Shown one piece after another: positions 1-12,400 of a DNA stretch of 64,000 nucleotides; within the stretch, counting starts at the first letter, position 1, and each line of letters begins with the position of its first letter. The position numbers and the translations under genes are program-made. The notes under the pieces were generated by a model, which was not told the DNA's origin, did not search any database, and was given only the letters and a program-made list of their open reading frames with translations. The stretch is taken from the NCBI GenBank assembly GCA_040954595.2, contig CM082583.2:4827374-4891373 (forward strand), given 5' to 3'. Origin of the DNA: Balanoglossus misakiensis. Taxonomy: Eukaryota; Animalia; Hemichordata.

Positions 1-2286
1 ACACCAACAAAAAAAGGATGTGGCTTTCAAACAATCCATGGCCACATCATTGTTGGATACGCAGCAATACAATTAAAATCTAGAGTATGGGGCAGAAAAG
101 GGTTATGAATAAATTACAAGAAGCTTACGTTAGACATAAGAGGACGGTCCCAAATAGGAAGTTATTTTTATACAATATTTAGTTGGCTGTTGCGGGTGAA
201 AAGAACTCATTCATATACGCGCTCATGGTCACATTATGTTTTGTTCAACCTTCAGACATCGTTTTCAAAAGCTGAGGAAATGACCCGGGGAAGCAACAAT
301 CCGAGATTATGGGAAATTGATGTCCACAAAAGACTTCTGAAGAGTGTTCTTATATCGATGGTGATGAGCTTATATTTAATACAGTCAAAGAAAAGGTGAA
401 ATATGAGGGGGGGGTGCAACCTTGAGCTCGAAAAACTATTTATGATCACACGAGTGACGAAAGCCATCAAAACATGAAAATTTAGGTATCCAATAATGTC
501 AACAATTGTGAGTGGTGTTTCAAGTTCTAAACTCGTTCTGACCTGGGGGGGGGGGGGGGGGGGTCCGCCGTGGTTTTATGAAATACAGCATCGTGCTGTC
601 ACACTTGGCACTGTACAAGTTGCGCAACTTTCCCCAAAGTCAAAGATGGATGGTCGGGTCATCTGATACATTTTATATTGGTACGCCAGTTTATATTATG
701 AATGAAATTTCCACACTTCAATCACCCACAGACACAACATCAAAAGGTCTGCAAACCCAAAATGATGTTTCGTACTTGGCAACAGTTGCTAAGCAACTAG
801 TTTCAATCTGCTGGATCATGCATCACACGCTAAAGAAGACCCGGTCAGCATTGCCTGTCCACTGATGGGATTGTGGACGCCATGAAATCATGAAATATAC
901 TTGGTGGTCCCACTTCACCCAACACTCAAGACATCTGTAGCAGCCAATGGCACTCAGGCGCAGTGTGGATAAACCAAATTTCTGGTGATGTTTTTCTTCT
1001 GCATACATGATTGTCACAAACCTGTCAATTACATCACCCGAGGCACCAATCAGTGTTGCACCTGTGTTCAACGCACTTTTGTTTTTGATAAGCTTGATCA
1101 GCTTGTTGCGGACTGCCGTGCATTCAACAGAATCTGGGTATTAGTACACAGTATAGCAAGAACATTTTTGACCACGACTGAGATACAGCAGCTGCAGTAT
1201 ATTGGATAATTACCTGATTTAGTTTCAGTGTGTTTTTTTCTAAATTAACACTGTTGGCAAGATCTTTCATACAACAATAACTGAAACAGAAAGATGTCTG
1301 GAAACCAATTTTATATTAGCTCCACTTGGAGATTATCATAATAGTTGGGTTGTCCACCAGTTCCTGTTGGCATCACCGATGATGTCTGTAACTTTTCAAA
1401 TTCAATGCAAATCAGTGCATCTGCTACTTTTATAGTGAATGTGTTCAGTTTGTTCTCGAGACACGCAAGAGGAAATCTTGCCAAGTTCAAGATTGTTTAT
1501 GCTTCGGTTCTCACATGCAACTTAAACATACACTGAGGTACCATATGACAACTGCAGAGGGCGCTGTTCTAACATCAAGGGGGGGGGGGGGGGGCTGTCA
1601 GTCATGGTCACATTTTAGCCCAGTCTGCTGCAAGGTTCATACCATCTGATTTGTTGGTCAGTTAGTTGGTTTCCTCAACCTTCAGTTTATGTGGTGCTTT
1701 TGGGGCTCGCTGAATCACCAGAACATCAAGTGCATGAGTACTGAGCAATGTAAAGTTGGGGAAGTGAAGGTTGATTCTTTCAGAAAACAAATGGGGGGTC
1801 AAGGTATGATATGAAACGGCACATTTTAATTTTAGGTCCCAAAAGCAGTCTGCCTTCACAGTCTCTGCCATAAACAAACACAACCATATGTACAACCTAA
1901 GTTCTGTGTGAACAAAAATCATGACAAAATCTACTTGAGTTTTGAAAAATGGATTTTATCATCTTTGAACAATATTGATGGTTTTAAACTTTGCCAACAC
2001 TACCACCATCACGGTACACCATCTTATTGTTGCCGTCATCATCATCATCGGATTCGCCATCACCATCATCACCATAATCTTATTGTCAACCACGTAGGCA
2101 CCAAGTGAGTATCACAATCTGTCAGGTTTAATTGTGTGATATTTACTGCTTGTCAACTTGCGCAAAGGCAGACATTTTCAATATAACTTCACAAATCAAG
2201 AATGTCCGCAGGGGAGACCACAGAATTAACACCGATGCACTCGGAGAGTTTATCGGCAAGTGATCGATCTAGTCCAGCTGAGAAAT

Positions 2287-5148
2287 TCACAATGCAGACT
2301 TCAGCTTCTCTACGTCAACTGCTTTGCTCTTTGAGAACCGTTCGATGTCGGTTTTGGTGTATCCCATTTCGAGCAACACTTCTTCAGTGTGCTGTCCAGA
2401 GCGAGCAGTCGGTTTGACGTGGTCCACCCCCGGCGATCGTTGCAGAATCGGAGCGGGTCTCGGCTGCGGCTTCCCGTTTTCGTCGGTCAAGAACAAATTC
2501 CTGGCCGTGTTGTGCGTGTGTTCCACTGCCTCCTCCAGTGATGGAACAGGCGTGACACAAGCGTCTGTTCCGTCGAAAACGTCACTCCACTCATTTTGTG
2601 TCTTTGAAGCAAAAACCTCCGCAATTTTCTTTTTCATCTGAGGCCACTGGTCTGTGTCTGTTTGTCCAAGGAGATCATCGTCATCGGACAGTCCAAGACC
2701 TGTGGAAAAGATCGGAAAATGTTATCTCTGCATTCATGTTCATCTTTTTTCCATGGTTATTTCTTACAGACATACAAGATATACCAGACATATTTCTCGA
2801 GGGCCATATTTCTTGCTGAAAAAAGAAGAAGCCTGTTTTGATACACACATGGAATCTAGTCTGTGCTGAACACATTTAATGTTTCAACTTATTTCAAACT
2901 CTTCAAATATTCCTGTATATAAAAAGTTTTCCTGCAAATGTCTCTTGGCGATTCATTTCCCACATTTCACATGTCACAACCAAACAACTATACACGCGAT
3001 TTTGGCACTACAAAGATTTCATGCAAATTAACAGACGGCTGGTCCAATCACACAGCATGCTGGTTATGATGTCACAATCACCTTGCAAGAGTTGGTCATA
3101 AAACTGAGGTTCAATTGCTCCGACAGCCATGTACTTCCCATCTTTAGTCTTGAAGGTGTCGTAAAATGGAGCCCCGGTGTCCAAAAGATTCTTTCCCTTC
3201 TCCTCAGAAACCCAAAGATAAGGAGTGCCTTTCGTATGATAGATGAAGGACCCGATGTAGGAACAACCATCAACCTGGGGAGAGATGTGGCTATAAGGTG
3301 AACAGAAAAATCCGAGATTTTTGACACACTTTGATCTTAACACTTACTTCTAGAGATCATATCATGCATTGGATCATTAAAATCCAAGCAATTTTTTTTC
3401 ATAAAATATATCACCGGTATCAAGATTCAGGATTTTTTTCTAAAACTGCACTTTTTACGGCAGTTAATATAAACCGGTCTAAACCAGACAATAAAGGACA
3501 GTAAAAGTGTTTTTAAAATCAGTGTCAGTAGCACACTGACTTATTTCAAAAACACATCCAACATTACTGTCTTACCATATTGGCATCGATAACTTGACCC
3601 TTTCCACTTTTGTGTCTTTCAATCAATGCTAGCAATATGCCTAGAGCACACATGAGACCACCCCCAGCAAAGTCAGCCAGAAGATTCAACGGTGCTATGG
3701 GATTCTCACCATGTCTGCCAATCATCGAGAGAAGACCTGTTGATGTGAAAGAGGAAAAATCAATTAACTGCGTCACACTAAATGTTAGATCAGCCCTGAG
3801 CCCCACTTCCTAACTAGGCCGACGCAGTGTGTCCACATTGGTTATTTTACACTGGCCCTGGCCCAGCACCGGTCGTTACACCGTCGCAAAGTGTCCAGTG
3901 TGAACCCCCCCCCCCCCTACAGCCTGTGTTTTGCATGCAGCACGCCTTATGGGTACAGTATATCCTGTATGTTGGGGTTCCGCTGCAAAACACGTAGACT
4001 CATCTCTTGATGTAGAAATCAAGTATCACAGTGATGTAGAAATCAAGTATCACTCAACTGCAGCTTTTTAATTTGTATGATGGAGGTATCGATAACAAGC
4101 ATCACTTTTCTGGATTGATGTCCCATTATCACAGAATCACAATAAGTGAAATTAATTGTTTTTCATCGACATTACATTCTGAAAATGGATTCTCCTTTCT
4201 TTAAAACCCAAGATGGCTCGTTAAGTTTTAGAACGTACGTGTGAATCAGATCTATTTATTATACTGGTATCGGAAAAATAGCAGCTAAACTTGAAATTAA
4301 AGGAACTTGAAGACAATATTTTTTGTATACGAAGTACTATATTTGTGGTAGCCTGATAAGATCATATCAGACTGTCTAAATAGTAAATGCAATTTTTCAC
4401 ACAGAACTTTTGGGAAAAAAAAGTGACAAAAATGAATACAATATATTGTCGAACAAATAGTTGATATATTCGTTAATTCCTGGATTTATTGCCTATACAT
4501 CTACATGACTGACCTGACATTGCTAGGTAGTTGATGTCATGTCCTGCCATTTGTGAGTATCGGCCCGATTGTCCAAACCCGGTCAGCCTGGCGTAAATTA
4601 ATCTGGGATTTAGTTTTAACAGCTGATCTGGTCCCAGTCCCAGCTTCTCCATAACACCTGAAAAGTTAATGTATTCATAATTTGACCTGTGACCTCCCTG
4701 ATCTGTTACTACCAGGTCATGTACTCTATATCAAACATATGGGCATATGTAAACTACAGGTGATTACAAATCTCACGCACAAATACTGAATACGTGTACT
4801 ATCAAGAAATTAGGTATCTCCCCCCCCCCCCCCATTCCACTAGTGAATACCCATCTTCCACTCCCCCTCCCCATATTAAATGTTCTGCCCCTTATTCCTT
4901 ATACCTGGTCTGAAGGGTTCGATAACGACGTCGGCGTGTTGGCAGACTTTTCTTGCAATCTCAATTCCTTCTTTGTGTTTCAGATTCAGAATGATCGATC
5001 GTTTTCCTCTGTCGAGACTTGGCGGCGTAGAGCGGGGACCTCGTTCTATTTTGACGACGTCAGCACCGTAATCGGCCAATATCATGCCAGCGAACGGACC
5101 AGGTGCAAGTCCAGCGAACTCGATCACTTTTACGCCAGTTAGGCTCAT
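2287..5148 (-). CDS. AMACR: Alpha-methylacyl-CoA racemase (CaiB/BaiF family III CoA-transferase fold), 5 coding exons, ~384 aa
   Basis: Exons 5148-4905, 4657-4514, 3736-3576, 3274-3082, 2699-2287, all GT-AG and in frame (1155 nt). Motifs: [37 protein letters not shown] (catalytic His), LLADFAGGG (catalytic Asp), [36 protein letters not shown]; ends KSAL. Confidence 0.96.
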
Positions 5149-8100
5149 GGTGGATGGTGCGATGCGATTATGTGGTGGCAAGGAGGTTGTAGGACATGGG
5201 AATCTCCGCGGGTACGGACGGGGGCACAGTCAAAAACCCACCACTGATAATATTATGACCTTTGCCCTTTGCCCTCTTCAATCTACACAATCTTCGGACT
5301 GAATGCGTTCATCCCCTATGGCATCGACAGGGCAATGCACTTTCCGATGGCGATCGGTGTGTAAACGACGTCCGCTGCCTACACCTGGGACTGGGCGGGT
5401 GCGTCGCTGTGGTGCACCGTCGCCCGCCAAGACTGTGGTCGAGCAAACAACCCGGGACAAGCCGACGATGCTGTGATCATGACCTTCGACACTGCATGCT
5501 GCTTGGATCGATGTGCTGGAAAATATTTTGAGTTTGGCCGTTGGTGTCGCACTCCATGCAAACCCCCAAAACGGAGAAGATGGTCAAAAGTTGACACTGA
5601 GCAAAAGGTAAATAGTAAATTTATAGGTATATTAATTATATGTAAAAGAATTTAACTTTAAAAAAACTTCTCAGATCTCAACAAAAGTCTCAGGACAAGG
5701 GCTGTAAAAAATAACACTACTCAGACTCAGTTTCGATTTATTTTATTTCGGTACACTTTGATAAAGACGAGATCCTCGGAGAGGTGATTCGACGGAAAAT
5801 AATCAAAACATGTTTCACATTTAAACGGATAACTTAAGAGAAGTTTGGTAGAGCTGGTGTATGGTAGTAATGAGCGAGAATTTTAAAAAGCTGGAGAAAA
5901 TTGCACAACTCAAATATTGTATGACAGAATCTCTCAGAAATAAGTTTTTTTTTTTTTTAGATGGACAATGAGAACAACCACAACACGGTGAGCAGTGTAA
6001 TTGCATAGAATTATTTATTTCTGCTTGAATCTCCGTGTGTGAAAAAAAACTTTGAGTCTAGATCTTTTTTTAATGCATGTCTCAAGAATACTTACAACAA
6101 GGAAATCGGGAATATGATACATGTTACGTCCGAAGAAGAATCAAATTCACACCTTGTTTGTAAATCCGTTATCATGATATTTTTAATGGAAATTTCTGAC
6201 AGAACTTACATTTAGAGCCACACACACCAATACAGATTAATACATGCATATGAGATTATAGGGTACCAGCAGTACAGCGTTAAACAAACGAATAAATTTG
6301 TAATAAAAGACACAACTAAGCATTTTCCTGACTTCTAAGTAAATATCAAAAGGCTGTTGGGATAAAACTCTGTCAAATAAAGGAAATATATTAGTTCGTG
6401 TTCCCATAAAAACAACACGGGAAAAACCTCTAGGGCAGTTCTTCTCTGTAGTGACATTTGACAGAACTCGGGTTGTGTGGGGAGGGCGCCTTCTAGCCTG
6501 TAACATCATAGTCATAATTTACTCCCCCGTGTGTGGGGGTGCGGGTGTGTTATTGCTACATGAATCGGTAAGACTAAGACCGTTTTGGAGCTGGATCGAC
6601 TCCTGTAAATTTATAAGCTGATTTTCTGTCCTGAGTTTTCAGTACTGATGATAGACAGCATCATCGCCAAGCTATCTATTACTTGATCAATACCAAAGAT
6701 TGTTTTGTAGTAGGGGTCGGGTGTTACGCCTAAATGAAGGACGTGAGTTGATTTGGGACAATCAATAATTGAGCATTATTTCAGTGAACAGAACAACATT
6801 ATAAACGATTTTGCCCACTTACAATGGCTAGATCGAACCAATGGAATGTGAACAAGTCTGAAACGATTACAAAAATATTTCCACTTAACTTTGTCGACGT
6901 TCATTTGTAGAAGTTGACAGGCCGTAAAGTGCCGAAACTATTTCCACAGAAATAAACGGTAAACACTTGTACTGCATGTGGCGAAACCGACATAGCAGGC
7001 CAGCAAAGACGGTTTTGAACATCGCTTTGCGTGTATTTCAGCTAAAGTTGGGGTCAATCGAAGGCGAGTACAAAAACCCAGATTCCAACAGCCTTCTCTT
7101 GATCACGGCCACTCCACAAAGTGTGTGTTGATCACAACACCAGGCTAATAATATGAGACACGATTTGTGATGCTCGTATTTTGATATGTAAACGGAAATT
7201 TCATGGGAATTCTGTGAATGAGATAGACATATTGAAAAAATCGACAGTGATAAAAACCTGCTATATCTCAATACACTCGACGCAAACATGTCACACGATT
7301 CCCCATACATGAAGTGCATGCGCAGAAAGAAGGATGCTGGGGTCGACTAACGGATGTCCAATCAGAATTCTCAGTTTGGCATTAGTTTGACACGTGCACG
7401 ACACACACGAGTTTCTTTCCTAGCCTCTTCATACCAGTGAAGCGTGCAAGTGAAGTCGATATTTCAGATGCGGGATAAATCGCTAACTTGTGTGACAAAT
7501 TGCTCACTATTTGCTAACATGCACCTATTACAATGCATAAAAGTACGGCTACAAACTGGTGGTCTCAATCCCAACCCCATCACCTCCATTCACCTGAGTA
7601 AAATGTGAACATGTATTTGGCAATGCAATGCTACATTTATGGCAGTTATCTGTCGTAGCATTTACTGGACGCTGCCATGAAGCATTTAAGCGTTTTTATC
7701 TTGAAAGTAAATTAGTATTTTATTTCATTTTTGGAGCACCATTTACGCGCTACTCGTTCTTACATGGACTTTTACGCAAGATCTACACTCTGGCGAACCG
7801 CTGAGTTATATCAAGGTTAACAAGAGAAGGTTGTTGTTTTTTGTTTTTTGTTTGTTTGTTTCGTGGAGGTTTAATCATAGTATTGGCTGTCGACCACACT
7901 TCAACCTGGGAAGACTGCTAGTATGAAGTATTTGCCCCCCCCCCCAAAAAAAAAAAAAAAAAAAATCATCAAAAAGGTCTAATGGTTGTGTGTGAGTGTC
8001 TCTCTCTCCTGGAAGCACTCTTAGCATTTAAACTCGACAATGATGTTTTGTTGAGAGACAAAACATCATTATCGCCGACACTGATAATTCTCGCGATGTG

Positions 8101-8565
8101 GTGCGTGACTTTCCGTCACTGTGCCACCAACAAGACACACTACGCCAAACACCAAAGCTTATATACATGCAGCTATCTTTTGTCTATTATCTACAAGTTC
8201 TGGGAAAATAGCACGTGGCGATTCGCGGTTCCCAAGCGCAGTAACCCGTATCATCAAACTCTTACAAATAAGTAACATTATATGCTACAGAATATACCGA
8301 TGTCTATCAACACTTCGAAAAATTCACCGTCTACATAGAAAGCAATATTTCGATGTAAATTTGTATTTACATAAGGGAAAATGCTGACTTTTTTGTTAAA
8401 CAAACACCAAAATCGATATCATGTCTGTCGACTTTTGGAAGATCCGAACATGTGTTTCTTTTTTTTTTGAAACCATTAACTCTGACAAATTAAATAAAAA
8501 AACATAAGTCTTATCATTATACAACCTCCCACACACCATCACTGCTGCGAATCATACACCTGCTA

Positions 8566-8662
8566 TAGTCTCGGTTACCCAGACCCCTCTGCTTCTTCCT
8601 CTGCCCTCCAGAAAGAGCGAGCGCCAACGGAAGAAGCAGAGGGGTCTGGGTAACCGAGACTA
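8566..8662. mobile_element. Short palindromic MITE-like element with perfect 34-bp inverted repeats
   Basis: TAGTCTCGGTTACCCAGACCCCTCTGCTTCTTCC (8566-8599) is the exact reverse complement of 8629-8662; 29-nt spacer. Confidence 0.7.
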
Positions 8663-8993
8663 ACACTAGTTACACATTTTGTACATAACCAAGACTTGTT
8701 TGAACAAGCGAGTTTCAAGAAGACAGTCATTGAAATCTCTCCACATTACACGCATACACCCGGTCCATTCTTGCGTGCCTCCGCGGCAGTTTCGCATGGC
8801 GTTTACATCCTGGTATTTCTTTCGTTGCCATGGACAGGCGCCATCTTGTTTCGCTGGAGAGGGACGTGAAAGTGGCGATGCGCAGTATACAGAGTGGTCA
8901 CATAGGAACAGACAGAAGGTACGCCGGTACGGACTCGGTTGTTGTGATTAGGATCATGTCCATTATTCTAACACCATTAGCATCTCCGTTATT

Positions 8994-9383
8994 TTAACAC
9001 CCTTTCGGTAGCATCATTTTGTAGGCTAGCACAATGGAAGCTACGAGGTAGGCACAGTACATGAGACACATGACCACACCATAGAACTTGGTGAGTTGCC
9101 AGCCATTGAGGCCGATAAAGAGGGCGTTTATAAGAATGGATGCCAATAACATCCCGGTGATGTAAAGCAGCGCGACATTGCCAACAGCGAAAACTTGCCC
9201 TCCAGCGAACACGCCTATAACTCCATATATCAGCGCGGGAACGCCCAGGCAGATCAGGATGTCAAACACGTTGCTCCCAATCGCATTCGCTATTGCCATG
9301 TCCAGATATCCTGAGAAAGGGGAGACAAATTATTAGCAATTTTATGTTGGCTTTGGTGGTCTTGATGGTAGTGGTGGTGGTTG

Positions 9384-9442
<59 letters not shown>

Positions 9443-12400
9443 GTTGGAAATAAGCACAGATTTAACTTACCTTGCTTACAAACTATGATACTCAACATTA
9501 GGTCTGGCAAACTGCTACCAACAGCCAGAAAAGTTAATCCCATTACAACATCTGGAATCCCCGCCAGTGCACCTGTGACAGAAAAGACAGGCAGTAATTT
9601 ATGCTAATGTAGTGCAGTTAATACGCGGTGATACAGCTGTACATTGTAATTCCAAATTCATCAACAAAAACGTAGATTGCGTTCGCCCTTGCCATATTTA
9701 ACTTTAACTCACGAAAGTTTGGCATCCGATATGTGCAATGATTGAGAAAAATTAACGCTGTACTTTCACAAAAGCGACGATTGACTTTTCATTTTATTTT
9801 ATTTTATTTTCGAGTATCTTTGTTATGTCTTGTCTATTGTAGTTTTATTTTATTAATAACAAAACAATAACTGATAAACTATTTGGTATCTGATCCCTGT
9901 TGTGTGACGCTTACGCTTGACACTCACCTATTATGTCCACCATCCACACGGCCAAGTAACAGAAGAATCCCATCCACACCGTCGAGACCAAAAACGTCAG
10001 AACATACCAAGAGGCCCAGTCGTCTCGTTTGCAGTCAGGGGTCGTTATGTACATGATTAGATGTATAGGAAAGCCGCACACACAAAGGCAATTGTCTAAA
10101 ACACTGTCGTTGATTCTGAACGGCGAGTAAGCGACCTCTTTCTGTTCTTCTATTATGAAAGAAAAAAGAAAACGGAAAGATTTCATTTCCTGACCAGTGC
10201 TGTTTCAATTTCGAGCGAGATCTTGTCATCGCATTTTCACCCAAAGCACGGTACAGCGAGTAGAGGTACTGTAAACGGGTATGCCTATCCCGAAGCATGC
10301 GAAGGAAAACCCGCAAATACAGCCGGCCACAAGTTCGTGCACATGGCTGGGAGGTCATGACCGCAATGCGGTGACCGTTCAATGACTTCAGAGAGACGTA
10401 CTCCCTGCGCTGTGTTAAATTTCCACAGCTACTATATTTTTGTGACGGTCACGATTTCGTATGCCCAGCCCGCGATCTCACGACTGCTTATGTTGTCCGT
10501 ACCGGTTACTGTGGTCGTGTTCATCGCGTCACCAGAAAGACAAGATACTACCTTCCAGTCTCCGTGTCGGAGCAACTAGAAGAACTTCAACGTCTTGACC
10601 ACGAAATGACAACTAAGTATAACCATCGAGCACACCACTTCACTGAAAAGTGTACACACGATTCAACAAGCGGGGTCCTGACTTACCAAGTTCTTTCTTT
10701 TCATCGTCAATGGAAATTCCATCGTCACCACCTGTTAGCCGCGTTGTCTCTCCATCCTCGATTGAGTTGGCCTCCGACGCTTTCGTCTTGGATGCCACAC
10801 AAGACTCCACGGCCGGAACGACAACTGCGCTTATGTCTCGATTGTAATACATCAAAAGAATGTAAAATCCATACATAAAGACCAAAATTAAGCTCTCGTA
10901 CCTAGACAAGAAAGAAGACTCGCGAATTAACCTTTTTAGCGCCAAAGTCAATTTGTCATTTTCAGAAAATTAACATGTTACTTATTCCACGTTTTTGTAG
11001 TGATTTTGATCAACAACAGTTGACAATGGAAAAGCATAGCCATTTTGTCCAAAATTAAGGAATAGCTTAGCGAGGAATATGCAAAAGGAGAAAAAATGTT
11101 GCACTTGCATATTGACAGGAGAAATTTGAACTTAATCGGCGATATATGCGTATCGAGCAGTTTACAAGAATTGCTGTACCCCCCCCCCCTACTGAAGTTC
11201 TTTACATAATGTTGTCGTATTCAAGGATTTCTCACATTTCGTTCAACCCGCCACCCCAGCTTACCCCCCCCCCTCCCTCCTCCACCTGGGCATGTAGACT
11301 CAAGGACAGTTACACCCCCGGGAATCTACTTATCGGGCACTTACCCTTACCTGACCCTTTACCCACTAATTGGAATGTCCGGAAAGTAAACATCCAGGGG
11401 GTTACAGTCCTAACGCAGTGACCCATAAAGGAGGCAATTATAAGCTAATAAAGGATGAGACCCCTGTAAGTGTAAAGTATATTGGAGGGATGTTCTTGAC
11501 GAGAGCAGCGATGCATTACCATGAAAAAGTGAGGTCCAGGGCCATGAGTATCAGAGTAATAACGCCAATAGCGTAGAAGGTCGTGTCCCTCGCGATCGGC
11601 CACCAGCTCAGCGTTCCGACCTGAAACACACACACAACAGAATGCGTGTTCAATGAATATATATTAGAACCCCTCCCTTCTATTGTTATTAGTGAACATT
11701 GAGTTGGGTGCCCTTACGGTCTCCCAAAGACAAGGCTGAGTCACCATGCAAGCATTGTTCATCAAGGCACCACAGAAACCAAGACTTTCACGAGATTTCC
11801 TGGGAATACAGATTATGTTGAGTTCGCGTGCTATACGTTGGTGAACGCTATAGTTCCATCCGAATTTGGCTATATTAAAGGTATGCGGTCACCTATGGAA
11901 ATTTAGCTTGAGATCTAGCCAATCACGGATTTTCAGTTGCTGGCACACGCCAAAAAAGGAGCGCCACCATATGTTTTAGAACCCTCAAATATGCCATTTT
12001 AGCCATATATGGGGTTATGTAAATTGGAGGTGACTGTATACCTTTAATTATATTGACACAGTTCCTTTCTAATAACTTATCACCAGCGTGGGGACGGTCG
12101 ATCGGGCGGCCGTCCGCCAAATATCTTGGTTTATAGCTTGGGAAAAATATCCTTATTTTATGGTACATGTATTTATAAAATTCTTATGTCAATTAAAAGA
12201 GCTCCTTTCGTAGTCTCCTTCAACACCATATCGTTATATCCAAGCGCTGAAAATGCCGTCGTTTCTGAATTCAACCTACCGTTATTAAACCGCAAATTCC
12301 TGGGATCAATAACACATTGAAAGCAGCTGAACCTATGACTGTTCCGAACCCAATGTCCCCACTTTCTACCAGCACACCTGTTCGGTAACAACAAAAATTA

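Noticed and set aside
545-563. Poly-G/poly-C tracts here and at many other sites (e.g. 1579, 3905, 18773, 53088, 60561)
   Set aside because: Scattered homopolymers with no consistent gene-relative position; no basis to call functional G-quadruplexes.
780-1540. Exon-like minus-strand fragments (e.g. DSVECTAVRNKLIKLIKNK at ~1022-1134)
   Set aside because: Could not be joined into a stop-free model or assigned to a family; possibly a decayed gene or transposon.
1908-2108. His-rich ORF
   Set aside because: Degenerate CAT/CAC simple repeat downstream of AMACR; no splice or homology support.
4008-4053. Two-copy 24-nt tandem repeat
   Set aside because: Simple slippage duplication in AMACR intron 2; not a CRISPR-like array.
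9262-9607. Poly-Ile / poly-Met ORFs
   Set aside because: Read-through of an intronic (GAT)n microsatellite.
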